Shown here one piece after another: positions 39,014 through 49,482 of a DNA stretch of 64,000 nucleotides. Position 1 is the stretch's first letter; every line of letters begins with the position of its first letter. Source of the DNA: Verrucomicrobiaceae bacterium (lineage in GTDB: Bacteria > Verrucomicrobiota > Verrucomicrobiia > Verrucomicrobiales > Akkermansiaceae); contig JBPOGH010000005.1 in the NCBI GenBank assembly GCA_051252135.1, positions 128,001-192,000 of the forward strand. The letters are read 5' to 3'. Made by a program: the position numbers and the translations under genes. Under the pieces are notes generated by a model. It worked only from the letters and a program-made list of their open reading frames with translations. It did no database searches and was not told where the DNA came from.

Positions 39014-41395
39014 ATGAACGTCTCGCTCAACTGGCTCAAAGAACGCCTCGATTTCGGCACCCGCACTCTCGATGAAGTCTGCGACCTCCTCACCTTCGCC
39101 GGGATCGAGATCGAAGGCCTCCACCCCGTCGGCGTGCAGAGCGACAAGATCGTCGTCGCCGAGATCAAGGAAGCCGTTCAGCACCCCGATGCCGACAAGC
39201 TCAAGGTCACTCAAGTCGACGCCGGCGAGGGCTCCCTCCGCCAAATCGTCTGTGGCGCCAAAAACTACAAAGTCGGCGACAAAGTCCCCTGCTGCCTCCC
39301 CGGCGCGGACCTCGGCGGCTTCGTCATCGGCGAGACCAAAATGCGCGGCGTCGAATCCAAGGGCATGCTTGCCGCCGGATCCGAGATTGGCCTCACCGAC
39401 AAGGAAGACGGCCTCCTCATTCTCGAGACCGATGCCGCCCCCGGCACGCCCGTGAAATCTCTCTTCGATTCCGACACCCTCATCGAGGTCGAGATCACCC
39501 CGAACCGTCCCGACCTCCTTTCCCACTCCGGCCTCGCTCGCGAGCTCGCCGCTCTTCTCCACACCGTCACCAAGCCGGTCGAAAAAAGCCACCCCACCGA
39601 ACTCAAGGAGGACCCCTCGGTCGCACGCACCGATTCCCCCACCTGCCCCTTCTACTCCGCCCTCTCCATCACCGGAGTCAAGGTCGCCCCCAGCCCGGAA
39701 TGGCTCGTCAAAAAACTCGAGTCCATCGGCCTCCGCCCCATCAATAACGTCGTCGACATCACCAACTACGTCCTCCACGAACTCGGCCAACCTCTTCACG
39801 CCTTCGATGCCGCCAAGGTCTCCGGCGCCATCCACGTCCGCCAGGCAAACGACGGCGAATCCTTCAAAGCTCTCGACGAGGAAACCTACGCCCTCGTCCC
39901 CGGGGACTGCCTCATCTCCGATGAAAAAGGCACCGCCCTCGCCCTCGCCGGCGTCATGGGTGGACTCGATTCCGGAGTCACCGACTCCACCACCGACATC
40001 CTTCTCGAGTCAGCCTACTTCACCACCTCGGAGATTCGCCGTACTTCACGCCGTCTCTTCCTCACCTCGGATTCCTCCTACCGCTTCGAGCGCGGAGTCG
40101 ATCCCCAAAACGTCCTTCCCGCCGCCGCCCTCGCCGCCGCCCTCATCATCGAGATCGCCGGTGGCCAGGCCGCCTCTCACACCGTCACCGCCGGAGAACT
40201 CCCCGGAGCCCTTCCCGATGTCGAGCTCGATGTCGACCGCATGATGCAGCTCATGGACAACAGCATTTCCCTCGACGATGCCGGAGCCATCCTCACCCGC
40301 CTCGGCCTGACAAAAGGTGAAGGCAACACCTGGCACATCCCCAGCTGGCGGGCCGACCTCGAACGCTCCGCCGACCTCGTCGAAGAAGTCGCCCGCGTCC
40401 ACGGCCTCGAAAACGTCCCCTCCCGCACCGGCGGAACCGCCGTCGATGAAAGCAAGTTCGACCGCGACTACGACCGCCTCATGGGCCTCAAGCAAAAGCT
40501 CGTCGCCCTCGGCTTCTTCGAAACGCAGACCATCAAACTCATCGCCGAATCACAACTCCGCGACTGCCTCCCTATCCGTCCCCTCATTGACGGCGACCTC
40601 ATCAAGGTCGCCCGCCCCCTCAGCGAAGATCACGCCATCCTCCGCCCCGCTCTCACTCCCGGCCTCATCCAGATCGCCGAGCGCAACATCCGCCAGGGCG
40701 CCAAGTCCCTTCGCTTCTTCGAGGCCGGACGCAACTTCCGAAATGCCGGAGGCGGAAAAGCCACCGACCTCGAGTCCGACTCCATCGCCCTCCTCCTCGG
40801 CGGCGAAGCCCTCCCTCCCTCATGGACCGCCAGCCACGGCCGCAAGCTCGATCTCTTCGATCTCAAAGCCGCCGTTCAGGCCCTCCTCGGCGGAACTGAA
40901 GTCCAATTCTCCCCCCGCCCGCGCGACGGCTTCCTCCTCGCCGGTGACATCCAGCTCGGTGGCAAACCCATCGGAACCTACGCCCAGGTCCTCCCCTCAC
41001 GCGCTCGTGAGATCAGCGCCAACGCAGCTCTCTACCTTGCCGAACTCGACCTCGGAAAAATCCTCCCTCTCCAGAAAGACTTCTTCCAGGTCGAACCCCT
41101 CCCACAATTCCCCGGGTCCAGCCGCGACATCGCCATGGAACTCCCCGTCAGCACCTCAAATGCCGACATCGAAAAAGCGCTCGCCAAGCACAACGACCCC
41201 CTCCTCGTCTCCGCGACCTGCTTCGATCACTTCAGCGACCCCTCCGGTGAAAAAATCGCCGCCGACAAAAAGTCCATCGCCTACAGCTTCCACTACCGCG
41301 CCTCCGACAAAACCCTCAAAGCAAAGGACGTCGATGCCGCCCACGCCAAGCTCCTCGCCCACCTGCAAAAGGCGCTCCCCATGACCCAGCGCTAA
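39014..41395 (+). CDS. pheT: Phenylalanine--tRNA ligase beta subunit
   Basis: HPDADKL, IVCGAKN, ITPNRPDLLS, INNVVDITNYV, SYRFERGVD, DLVEEVARVHG, FDX-ACB C-terminus. Confidence 0.96.
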   Translation: MNVSLNWLKERLDFGTRTLDEVCDLLTFAGIEIEGLHPVGVQSDKIVVAEIKEAVQHPDADKLKVTQVDAGEGSLRQIVCGAKNYKVGDKVPCCLPGADLGGFVIGETKMRGVESKGMLAAGSEIGLTDKEDGLLILETDAAPGTPVKSLFDSDTLIEVEITPNRPDLLSHSGLARELAALLHTVTKPVEKSHPTELKEDPSVARTDSPTCPFYSALSITGVKVAPSPEWLVKKLESIGLRPINNVVDITNYVLHELGQPLHAFDAAKVSGAIHVRQANDGESFKALDEETYALVPGDCLISDEKGTALALAGVMGGLDSGVTDSTTDILLESAYFTTSEIRRTSRRLFLTSDSSYRFERGVDPQNVLPAAALAAALIIEIAGGQAASHTVTAGELPGALPDVELDVDRMMQLMDNSISLDDAGAILTRLGLTKGEGNTWHIPSWRADLERSADLVEEVARVHGLENVPSRTGGTAVDESKFDRDYDRLMGLKQKLVALGFFETQTIKLIAESQLRDCLPIRPLIDGDLIKVARPLSEDHAILRPALTPGLIQIAERNIRQGAKSLRFFEAGRNFRNAGGGKATDLESDSIALLLGGEALPPSWTASHGRKLDLFDLKAAVQALLGGTEVQFSPRPRDGFLLAGDIQLGGKPIGTYAQVLPSRAREISANAALYLAELDLGKILPLQKDFFQVEPLPQFPGSSRDIAMELPVSTSNADIEKALAKHNDPLLVSATCFDHFSDPSGEKIAADKKSIAYSFHYRASDKTLKAKDVDAAHAKLLAHLQKALPMTQR

Positions 41396-41399
41396 CCCA

Positions 41400-41424
41400 A
41401 AGGAGCCCGGGCATCCTGCCCCGC
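41400..41424 (+). repeat. Dispersed REP copy related to the RAYT-flanking REPs
   Basis: AAGGAG-CCC-GGGCA-TCC-TGCCC versus AAGGAG-AGC-GGGCG-TCC-CGCCC; compensatory stem change; 5 nt after the pheT stop. Confidence 0.6.
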
Positions 41425-41520
41425 CCATCCGCGCATCCCCTTTCAAGCCAAAAGCCAACCGCCAAAGGCGAAGCGCTCAAACATCCATCCACCTGCGAAC
41501 CTTCAACTCGCCTCGCGCCC

Positions 41521-43200
41521 CTACTCCTCCACTTCCACCGCGTAGCAGCCCAGCACCGCCTTCACCATTGCTTCTCCACTCGTCACTTCGTCATGGAGAA
41601 TGTGGTGAACCCCTTCCTTCTGAAGCTCCTCCACCCCGTTGGCAAACTTCGCCCGCGCATAGGTCACGATCCCGGGATTAAGACTCCGTGCTGACCGAAT
41701 CCCCGCAATCGCCAGACTCGGCTCCGGAAAAGTATACGCAATCGCCCGCGCACTCCCCACCTGCGCCAACGCCATCGTCTCCACCTGCGTCGCATCCGCA
41801 AAAAGCACCCGCACCCCCTGCTTATGGAGCGTCCTCACCGTCTCCGGATTCATCTCGATCACCACCACCGGCACCGACAACCGGTCCATCGCCTCATGCA
41901 AGGCCTGACCCACCGGACCATAACCGCAGATCACCACATGCTCACTTAACGCCCCCATCGAACTTGCCATCTTCAGCTCCGGCTTGCAGTCCTTCGTTCT
42001 AAAAATCGACCACTTCTCCACCCGCTGACTCACCGGCCCCGCCGCCCGCATCAGGCTCGGCACCAGAGCCATCGACACCGCCGTGCACGCCAGCAGCATC
42101 TGCTCAAGCTCCGGGCTAATCCCGCCCAAGTCCGCCGCCCGCCCCATCAGCACCAGCGAAAATTCGCCACTACTCGATAACGCCGCACCCGCCGCCAGCG
42201 CCTGCCGCACCCGCAACCCCATCCGCCGACTGATCACAAAAACAATCACCCCCTTCACCACCAAAATCCCAATCACCCCCAGCCCCACAATCCACCACGA
42301 CTCCATCACCACCTCCAGATCAATCAACAACCCCACCGACACAAAGAACACCGTCAAAAACAAATCCTTAAACGGCAACACATCCGCCAACACCCGGTGC
42401 GAATAAATCGACTCGCTCACCACCAACCCGCCCGCAAACGCCCCCAGCGCCAGACTCAACCCAAACCAATTCGCCCCCCACGCAATCGCCGCACACATCC
42501 CCACCACCGTCACCGTAAACAACTCCCGACTCCGCGAGTTCGCCACCGCATGCAGCAGATGCGGAATCACATAAAGACTCGCCACCCAACACAGACCCAA
42601 AAACAACACCCCTTTCCCCAACGCCACAAACACCGGCATCATCCCACCCGCGCCATCTCCCACCAATGCCGGCAGCACCACCATGAAAAAAATCACCGCC
42701 AAATCCTGAAAAATCGCAATCCCCAGAGCCATTCGCGCCCCCGGCGTATCCGGCTGCCCCAAATCCTGAAACGATTTGATACTCACCGCAGTCGATGACA
42801 ACGCCATCGCAAACCCCACCACCAGCAAGCCCGCTCCCCCCAGCCCAAACCCCCAACCCACCGCCATCGCAATCAGGGTCGTCACCAACATCTGCATTCC
42901 TCCCCCACCGATCACCACCTTCTTTAAGTGCATCAATTCCCGCAGCGAAAACTCAATCCCCAGCGTAAACATCAGCAACACCACCCCCAACTCGGACAAA
43001 ATCATGATCGCCTCCTCCGGCGCATCCCCCAGCAAGCGCGTCGCCCCCGTATTCGCCAACACCACCCCGCAAATAAAATACCCCACCAGCAGCGACTGAC
43101 GCGCTTTCAATAAAATCAGTGACACCAGCACCACACTCCCCAACACCATCCCCAACAACGCCACCACCGGCGCCACTTCATTACTTGCAGCAAGAACCAT
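41521..43200 (-). CDS. CPA2 cation:proton antiporter with TrkA-N (KTN) domain (KefB/YbaL-like)
   Basis: ELGVVLLMFTLGIEFS, LSSTA, FQDL, FFVSVG, GEFS, ICGYGPVG. Confidence 0.9.
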   Translation of the reverse strand: MVLAASNEVAPVVALLGMVLGSVVLVSLILLKARQSLLVGYFICGVVLANTGATRLLGDAPEEAIMILSELGVVLLMFTLGIEFSLRELMHLKKVVIGGGGMQMLVTTLIAMAVGWGFGLGGAGLLVVGFAMALSSTAVSIKSFQDLGQPDTPGARMALGIAIFQDLAVIFFMVVLPALVGDGAGGMMPVFVALGKGVLFLGLCWVASLYVIPHLLHAVANSRSRELFTVTVVGMCAAIAWGANWFGLSLALGAFAGGLVVSESIYSHRVLADVLPFKDLFLTVFFVSVGLLIDLEVVMESWWIVGLGVIGILVVKGVIVFVISRRMGLRVRQALAAGAALSSSGEFSLVLMGRAADLGGISPELEQMLLACTAVSMALVPSLMRAAGPVSQRVEKWSIFRTKDCKPELKMASSMGALSEHVVICGYGPVGQALHEAMDRLSVPVVVIEMNPETVRTLHKQGVRVLFADATQVETMALAQVGSARAIAYTFPEPSLAIAGIRSARSLNPGIVTYARAKFANGVEELQKEGVHHILHDEVTSGEAMVKAVLGCYAVEVEE

Positions 43201-43290
43201 TGCACCGATCTTAACCGGTTCCCTCCGCTTTCCAAGCCCCTCCGCTTTTCCTCTTCACTAATTCCCTCTAAAACGGCATTCTCCCCGCAA

Positions 43291-43968
43291 ATGAAACACC
43301 TCATCCTCCTCACCTTCGCCCTCGCGTCCTCCGCGTTCGGCTTCGATATCCCGAAAGGCTCCCACCACCTCGGGCAGCTCGATCTCGCCGCCAAAAAGGC
43401 CGCCCAGGCCAAACAGCCCATCGCCTTCATCATCGCCGAGAAAAAAGGAGTCGCCACCTGAGTGGCCTGCCCCGGAGCCGTCAGTGTGTCGGCTAGCAAA
43501 GCAGTTCTTGGATTCTCAAAAAGCATCGTCGTGGACACCTCGGAGACCGCCGCTCTCCCTGCCCTCGTCAAAAATGCCTACCGCACCGGCGGAGCATCCA
43601 TCCCCATCGTCATCTTCACCGATCCCGGCATGACCCAAATTTACGGCTCCTACAATCACCCCCAGATGAAGAGCCAGAACTACGGCGAAATCTTCGCCGA
43701 CACCAAAGACAAAATCCGCGACTCCATCAAGGAAGGCACCTTCGCCCTCGGCGGAGCCGCTCCCAAAATCGCCAAAGCCGAAGGCTCCAAAGTCGAAGAA
43801 TGGACCAGCTCCAAGGGCACACCCATCAACGCCAAACTCCTCGGAATCGAAGATGATAAAATCTTCCTCTTCGCAACCGAAGGCGGAAAAACCATCCGCG
43901 CCACCGCCGATCAACTCTCAAAAGAAAGCGTCGAAAAAGCCAAAGGCATGGTCAAAGCAGCCGAATAA
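43291..43968 (+). CDS. Secreted thioredoxin-like protein with UxxC motif and C-terminal SHD1-like domain; candidate selenoprotein (in-frame TGA at 43459-43461)
   Basis: ATG 43291 gives a signal peptide and PIAFIIAEKKGVAT, then TGA, then in-frame VACPG...SIPIVIFTD...EEWTSSKGTPINAKL...QLSKES; 225 aa if read through. Confidence 0.78.
43476..43494 (+). other. Candidate bacterial SECIS hairpin
   Basis: AGCCG-T-CA-[GTG]-TG-T-CGGCT; loop begins 22 nt after the TGA. Confidence 0.55.
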
Positions 43969-43995
43969 AACAGGCGCCCTCCATCAACTTTCCCC

Positions 43996-44026
43996 AACCA
44001 TCCGTGCCCGCACGGATGGTTTTTTT
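43996..44026 (+). terminator. Intrinsic terminator after the candidate selenoprotein gene
   Basis: AACCATCCGTGC-CC-GCACGGATGGTT followed by a T run. Confidence 0.85.
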
Positions 44027-44064
44027 ATTGTCCTGTTAGACGACTCCTCTAGCCTCCCAAAAGC

Positions 44065-44850
44065 ATGAAAGCCATCTTATTCATCGCCGTGATCGCCCTC
44101 ATCTGGGGCGGAGGCCAGTCCCTCTACACCAGCATTACCAACACCAAGGCCTCCACCTTCACCATTCAGGAATACATCGCGGATAAACCCGATGCCAAAT
44201 GGCTCGAACTCACCGATTGCCACCTCGACCTCACCGAGGCCGCCTATTCCTCCGGACGATTTGATACCTCAATCGACGAAGTCTTCATCCCCGTCACCAC
44301 CACCGACGGAGGAAACGGCGGACAACCCGTCCACATCCTTCTCGCTACGAAAGACAAGGAAACCATCGCCCTCCTTGAAAAAATGGCCGCCGTCGAGAGC
44401 GAAGAAGACGCCTTCAAACTCCTCATCGAAAACGCCGATCAATTCTTCCCTAAAAAAGACGTCTCCGGATTGGTCCGCTTCGGCTTGGATATGAAAGACA
44501 AGGAAGTCCGCAAACTTCGCAACCTCAATCCCAACCTCACCAAGGACTTCGTCATGATCGACGACGGCGCAAAACCAAACTGGGCCGGCGCCTTCCTCCT
44601 CCCCGCCGGACTCGGCCTTGGCTGGTTCCTCTACTGGCCCAAAAAATCCAAAGCAGCCCTCCCCCCTGAATTGCCCTCCACCGGTGCAACCCCTCCCCAA
44701 ATGCCCGACGCACCCGCATCCGCAACGGAGGACCCCGCCGTCACCAAGTTCCATTGCCCCGGATGCAATCAGAAATTCTCCGTCCCCTCGGATCAAAGCG
44801 GACAGCAGATCGATTGCCCCCAATGCCAGTCCTCCATGCTCGTCCCCTGA
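44065..44850 (+). CDS. Hypothetical membrane protein with C-terminal zinc ribbon
   Basis: N-terminal hydrophobic segment, second TM, Pro-rich linker, CPGC...CPQC. Confidence 0.65.
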   Translation: MKAILFIAVIALIWGGGQSLYTSITNTKASTFTIQEYIADKPDAKWLELTDCHLDLTEAAYSSGRFDTSIDEVFIPVTTTDGGNGGQPVHILLATKDKETIALLEKMAAVESEEDAFKLLIENADQFFPKKDVSGLVRFGLDMKDKEVRKLRNLNPNLTKDFVMIDDGAKPNWAGAFLLPAGLGLGWFLYWPKKSKAALPPELPSTGATPPQMPDAPASATEDPAVTKFHCPGCNQKFSVPSDQSGQQIDCPQCQSSMLVP

Positions 44851-44857
44851 GCCGACC

Positions 44858-46177
44858 TCAATCGTCCTTCGAGACCACCTCGTAAATCACCGGCTGGCCA
44901 CTCGCCTGCGCCTCGGTGATTGCGATCGCCTGACGCACCCGCTCGGACGCGCGCGCCACTTCCTCCTCACTCTGCCCGTGCACCACGCACAGCGGATCTC
45001 CCGCCTCCACTTTGCCCCCCAGATCAATGAATCCGCTCAATCCCACCGCGTAATCAATCCCATCCTCGGCCCGTCTCCGCCCCCCGCCCAACTCCACCAC
45101 CGCCATCCCCAGCTCGCGCGTATCAATCTGCGCCACCCAACCGCCTTCGCGAGCCGCCACCTCCCGCCGAATCGGTGCAACCGGAAGATACTCCGATGCC
45201 CGCTCAATCAAATCACTCGGCCCACCCAGCCCGGACACCATCTTCCCAAAAACCTCCGCCGCCCGTCCGGACGTCAGCGCCTTCCTCACCTGCTTCTTCC
45301 CATCCTCCCGGTCTCTGGCCAACCCACCCAGCACCAACAGCTCCGCCGAAAGACCCACCACCACCGTCTCCAGCCGGGACCTCTCACCCTCTCCCCGTAA
45401 AAACTTCACCGCATCCAGCACCTCCAGCGCATTCCCCGCCGCGCCCGCCAACGGCTCGTTCATATCTGTCACCAGCGCACTCGTCGTCACCCCCGCACCA
45501 TTCGCCACGCCCACAATGCTCTTCGCCAACGCCAGAGCATCGGCATAATCCTTCATAAAGGCCCCGCTCCCCGTCTTCACATCCATCACCAGCGCATCCA
45601 GCCCCGCCGCCAGCTTCTTCGATAAAATGGAAGCCGTGATCAAATCGATCGACTCCACCGTCGCCGTAATATCCCGCGTCGCATAAAAGCGCTTATCCGC
45701 CGGAGCGAGATCACCCGTCTGCCCGATAATCGCCACCCCGCACCCCTTCACCACCTCCCGGAAAAGCGCGTTGCTCGGCATCGTTTGATACCCCGGAATA
45801 CTATCCAGCTTGTCCAGCGTCCCCCCCGTGTGCCCCAGTCCCCGCCCCGAAATCATCGGCACATACCCCCCGCAGGCCGCCACCAGCGGCCCCAACATCA
45901 GCGAAACATTGTCACCCACCCCGCCCGTCGAGTGCTTGTCAATCACCGGCCCATCCATCCCCGGCCATGTCAGAACCTCCCCAGAATCCCGCATCCCCTC
46001 CGTCAGCGCCACCCGCTCATCCAGAGTCATCCCCTGAAAAAACACCGCCATCGCAAACGCCGCAATCTGACCCTCCGAGATCGATCCGTCACCAATCCCC
46101 CTCGAAAAAAAGGCAATCTCTTCCCGGGAGAGCACCTCGCCCTCACGCTTCTTCCGAATAATCTCCTGGGGTAACAT
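44858..46177 (-). CDS. deoA: Thymidine phosphorylase
   Basis: [55 protein letters not shown]. Confidence 0.93.
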   Translation of the reverse strand: MLPQEIIRKKREGEVLSREEIAFFSRGIGDGSISEGQIAAFAMAVFFQGMTLDERVALTEGMRDSGEVLTWPGMDGPVIDKHSTGGVGDNVSLMLGPLVAACGGYVPMISGRGLGHTGGTLDKLDSIPGYQTMPSNALFREVVKGCGVAIIGQTGDLAPADKRFYATRDITATVESIDLITASILSKKLAAGLDALVMDVKTGSGAFMKDYADALALAKSIVGVANGAGVTTSALVTDMNEPLAGAAGNALEVLDAVKFLRGEGERSRLETVVVGLSAELLVLGGLARDREDGKKQVRKALTSGRAAEVFGKMVSGLGGPSDLIERASEYLPVAPIRREVAAREGGWVAQIDTRELGMAVVELGGGRRRAEDGIDYAVGLSGFIDLGGKVEAGDPLCVVHGQSEEEVARASERVRQAIAITEAQASGQPVIYEVVSKDD

Positions 46178-46211
46178 CTCAAAAGAAGCATGACGGCCTT
46201 TCCCGCCCGGC

Positions 46212-46382
46212 TCAACCCAGGAAGCGCTCCGAGATCATTTTCCAAATCTCACCCCCCAAAAAGATTCCCACAATCCCCGCAATCCCCGCCCACACCGGCG
46301 GCGCAGGAAGCGGCAGTTTCAACCCGGAAAAAATCAACCCCACCAGAATCCCCGTCCCAAGCGCTCCCAAAATTGTCATCAT
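46212..46382 (-). CDS. XapX (DUF1427) family small membrane protein
   Basis: [33 protein letters not shown] matches the XapX pattern. Confidence 0.75.
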   Translation of the reverse strand: MMTILGALGTGILVGLIFSGLKLPLPAPPVWAGIAGIVGIFLGGEIWKMISERFLG

Positions 46383-46486
46383 GCCTCCATCATCCCCTCT
46401 TCCAGCCCCTTCCACAATCCGATTCTCTTTCCCCTCTTTCCCACTTCCAAGACCTGTGCTAATTTCATAGAACCCGCGCCAACAAC

Positions 46487-49462
46487 ATGAAGCACCTCAT
46501 TTTTGCTCTCCTTCCCTTCATCGCACAAGCCGACCTTGTGATCACCGAAGTGATGTCCTCCAGTAATCACTCCAACTCCACCATCGACGGTGACTGGTGG
46601 GAACTCACCAACAACGGAACCACCGCCGTCAATCTCTCCGGATACCGCTGGGATGATGAGAGTAACATTCCCTCCACCCACGTCTTCCCCTCCTACTCCC
46701 TCCCCGCCGGTGCCTCCTGCATCATGCTGGATGAAGCCACCACCGCCTCCATCACCCCCTTCCGCAACGCCTGGGGCATTCCGGCTTCCGTGAAAATCTT
46801 CGTCGCTTCCGACTTCGGCGGCTTCGCCGGATTCAGCGGAGGAAATGGCGACACCCTCTATCTCTACAATGCCTTCAATGTCGTGGTCGACTCGTTCAGC
46901 TTCGGCGCGGCCACCGGCGGACAATCCTTTGCATTCTTCGTCGATGGCTCGCCCGTTCCCGGCGGCCTGAGCATCGATGGCGAATTTGGTGCCAAAAAAA
47001 GCAGCCAAGCTCCTGCCGACACCGGCTCTCCGGGCTCCGCACCCCCCCTTCCTTCCCCCCTCCCTCCCGTCTTCATCGCCCCCTTCAAGACCTACTGGCC
47101 CGCTAACCGGAACCTCAGCACCTCGGAATTTCGCATCACCGCACAGGACCCCAATCCCGCCGACACCATCACCATCTCCACCATCTCCAAACCCGCTTGG
47201 CTCACCATCACCGATCTCGGTGGCGGCAAAGCCCAACTCTCGGGCACCCCTACCGATGCCGAAGTAGGCACCCACACCTTCCAGGTCCAGGCCGCCGATA
47301 ACAGCGGAGCCACCACCCCTTCCACCCAGACCTACACCATCCAGGTCCTCCCCGCCACCAGCCCCATTATCCTCAACGAGTATAATGCCGTCGGTCCTGA
47401 CAAGTTCCTCAATAACGACATCGAAGGCGCCATGGGGGCCGCCACCGATTCCTTCTTCGGCCAGGTCGCCGGCAATGGTGGCCAGTGGATCGAGCTCGTC
47501 GTCCTCGGCATCCCCGGTGAAGGCCCCACCTTCGATATCCGCGGCGGAAGAATCGAGATCGTCAGCGCTGACAGCACCCGCATCATCAAGCTCTCGGAAA
47601 ACATCGCCCTCTCGGAAATCCCCGTCGGCACCATCCTCACTCTCAGTGACACCCAGCCCTCCGAGCTCAATATGAACAGCCAGCTCACCTCCAATGGAAC
47701 CATCTGGAGCAATATCTGGATGTATGACCCCATCCTCATTGACCAGAGCGCCAGCACCCACCCCGCCATTCCCGCCATCGGCTCCAGTGACACCACCATC
47801 TCCATCTTCGCTCCCGATGGCACCCACGTCTACGGCCCCAGCGGCGAGTCCGTCGGCGCCTCCGATTCCAATGCCAACGGAATCCCCGACGACCTGATCA
47901 ACATCAACGATACCGAAGTCTACCGACTCGAGCAAAACCCCTCCGCCACCGTCGACCCCCTCTTCGGCCTCTACGATGACGGGTCCTCCTCATCCTTCGG
48001 TTCCCCAAATGTCTGGAGCAACAACACCATGACCCAGTCCTTTGCCTCCTTCATCCAAAGCAACTCCCCCCCCACCTTTGGAACTCTCCCCTCCCATTTT
48101 GCGGTCCGCGGACAATACAACGAGACCATCACCTCCATCGACCCCCAGGCCCAGGGCGTCACCATCTCCGCCCTCACCCTTCCCTCCTTCCTCACCTTCA
48201 CCGATGGCGGCACCGGATCGGCCTCCATCGTCAACAACCGCCCGCTCACCACCTCGGACATGGGCACCTATGAGATCGTCATCGTTGCCAATGATGGACA
48301 ACCCACTCTCAACCGCTCCTATTACGCCTACCAACTCACTGTCGTAAACCCCGCTCCCGCCGTTCTCTTGAACGAATACAACGCCGTCAGCGACACCAAA
48401 TTCCTCAACGGAGGCACCGCCTTCGCAGATGAAGACGGAGCACCCAATGCCGCCGATGCCCACTTCGGCCGCGTCACCGGAAACGGCGGCGATTGGTTCG
48501 AGCTCGTCGTCGTTGGCGACGGCACCACCGGCACCACCGACCTCCGTGGCTGGACCATCGAAATCGGCCAAGTCGGAGACTCCAAAGTCCTCGTGCCCCG
48601 GACCACCATCAGCCTGACTGCTGATTCACGCTGGGCTGCCGTTCGCAATGGCACCATTCTCACCTTCATCGCCAAAAATACCGCGGCCGGCGGACTCAAC
48701 ACCGACATCCTCCGCCAGGACCGCTTCGATACCGACGGCTGGGGCTGGAGCAACATCTACCTTGGCGACGGCAGCCTAGTCACCGGAGTCACCCTCGCAA
48801 ATATCGAAATCGATTCCAATAACACCCAGTTCCGCATCCTGGATAACACCGGATTCGTCGTCTTCGGCCCCGTCGGTGAAGGCGTCATCCCCTCAATCAA
48901 TGTCGGCAGCACCGAGATTTTCGAACTCGAAGGCGATCCCCGACCCACCATCGCCTTCACCGATAACGCCAGCGGCACCGACCAACAGGGATACGATGAC
49001 TCATCCAGCGCCTCCACCTTTGGAGCGCCTAACGTCTTCACCCCACCCTTCGGCGGAACCACCACCCGCCCCCAGGACTTCACTCCCTACATCTTCATCC
49101 CATCCACCTACGCCAACTGGGCCACCGGCTTCGGAATCGGCGCCCAGGCTCAAACCGATGACAATGACAATGACGGCTGGAACAACCTCGAGGAATACCT
49201 CTTCGGAGGCGACCCCACCCTCGGCTCCTCACAACCAGGCAACATCATCGACTCAACCGAGGGCAGCGTTTCATTCAACGTCCGCAGTGACGACCCCACC
49301 TATTCCTTCATGGGTCAACGCAGTGGCGACCTCATCAATTGGGTCACCGAAGGCCTCACCGAAACCACCGGTCCCTCGGCTCTTGGGGCAAGTTTCAATC
49401 AATTGAAGCTCACTTTCGATGGTGAAGCCGACCGCCAGTTCTTCCGCGTCATCCCCCAGTAG
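46487..49462 (+). CDS. Large secreted protein: lamin-tail domains, putative Ig domains, internal duplication and C-terminal SxDLxNW...FFRV domain
   Basis: LVITEVM...DWWELTN; repeats ILNEYNAV...FG.V.GNGG.W.ELVV...YDD.SS..FG.PNV; DNDNDGWNNLEEYLFGGDP; RSGDLINW...RQFFRV. Confidence 0.72.
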   Translation: MKHLIFALLPFIAQADLVITEVMSSSNHSNSTIDGDWWELTNNGTTAVNLSGYRWDDESNIPSTHVFPSYSLPAGASCIMLDEATTASITPFRNAWGIPASVKIFVASDFGGFAGFSGGNGDTLYLYNAFNVVVDSFSFGAATGGQSFAFFVDGSPVPGGLSIDGEFGAKKSSQAPADTGSPGSAPPLPSPLPPVFIAPFKTYWPANRNLSTSEFRITAQDPNPADTITISTISKPAWLTITDLGGGKAQLSGTPTDAEVGTHTFQVQAADNSGATTPSTQTYTIQVLPATSPIILNEYNAVGPDKFLNNDIEGAMGAATDSFFGQVAGNGGQWIELVVLGIPGEGPTFDIRGGRIEIVSADSTRIIKLSENIALSEIPVGTILTLSDTQPSELNMNSQLTSNGTIWSNIWMYDPILIDQSASTHPAIPAIGSSDTTISIFAPDGTHVYGPSGESVGASDSNANGIPDDLININDTEVYRLEQNPSATVDPLFGLYDDGSSSSFGSPNVWSNNTMTQSFASFIQSNSPPTFGTLPSHFAVRGQYNETITSIDPQAQGVTISALTLPSFLTFTDGGTGSASIVNNRPLTTSDMGTYEIVIVANDGQPTLNRSYYAYQLTVVNPAPAVLLNEYNAVSDTKFLNGGTAFADEDGAPNAADAHFGRVTGNGGDWFELVVVGDGTTGTTDLRGWTIEIGQVGDSKVLVPRTTISLTADSRWAAVRNGTILTFIAKNTAAGGLNTDILRQDRFDTDGWGWSNIYLGDGSLVTGVTLANIEIDSNNTQFRILDNTGFVVFGPVGEGVIPSINVGSTEIFELEGDPRPTIAFTDNASGTDQQGYDDSSSASTFGAPNVFTPPFGGTTTRPQDFTPYIFIPSTYANWATGFGIGAQAQTDDNDNDGWNNLEEYLFGGDPTLGSSQPGNIIDSTEGSVSFNVRSDDPTYSFMGQRSGDLINWVTEGLTETTGPSALGASFNQLKLTFDGEADRQFFRVIPQ

Positions 49463-49482
49463 GGATTCTTAAAAGGCGCTGA

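Noticed and set aside
44848..44860. TGA-GCCGA after the zinc-ribbon gene resembles the moeB recoding context
   Set aside because: It follows a complete domain and abuts the convergent deoA stop 7 nt away, so it is an ordinary stop.
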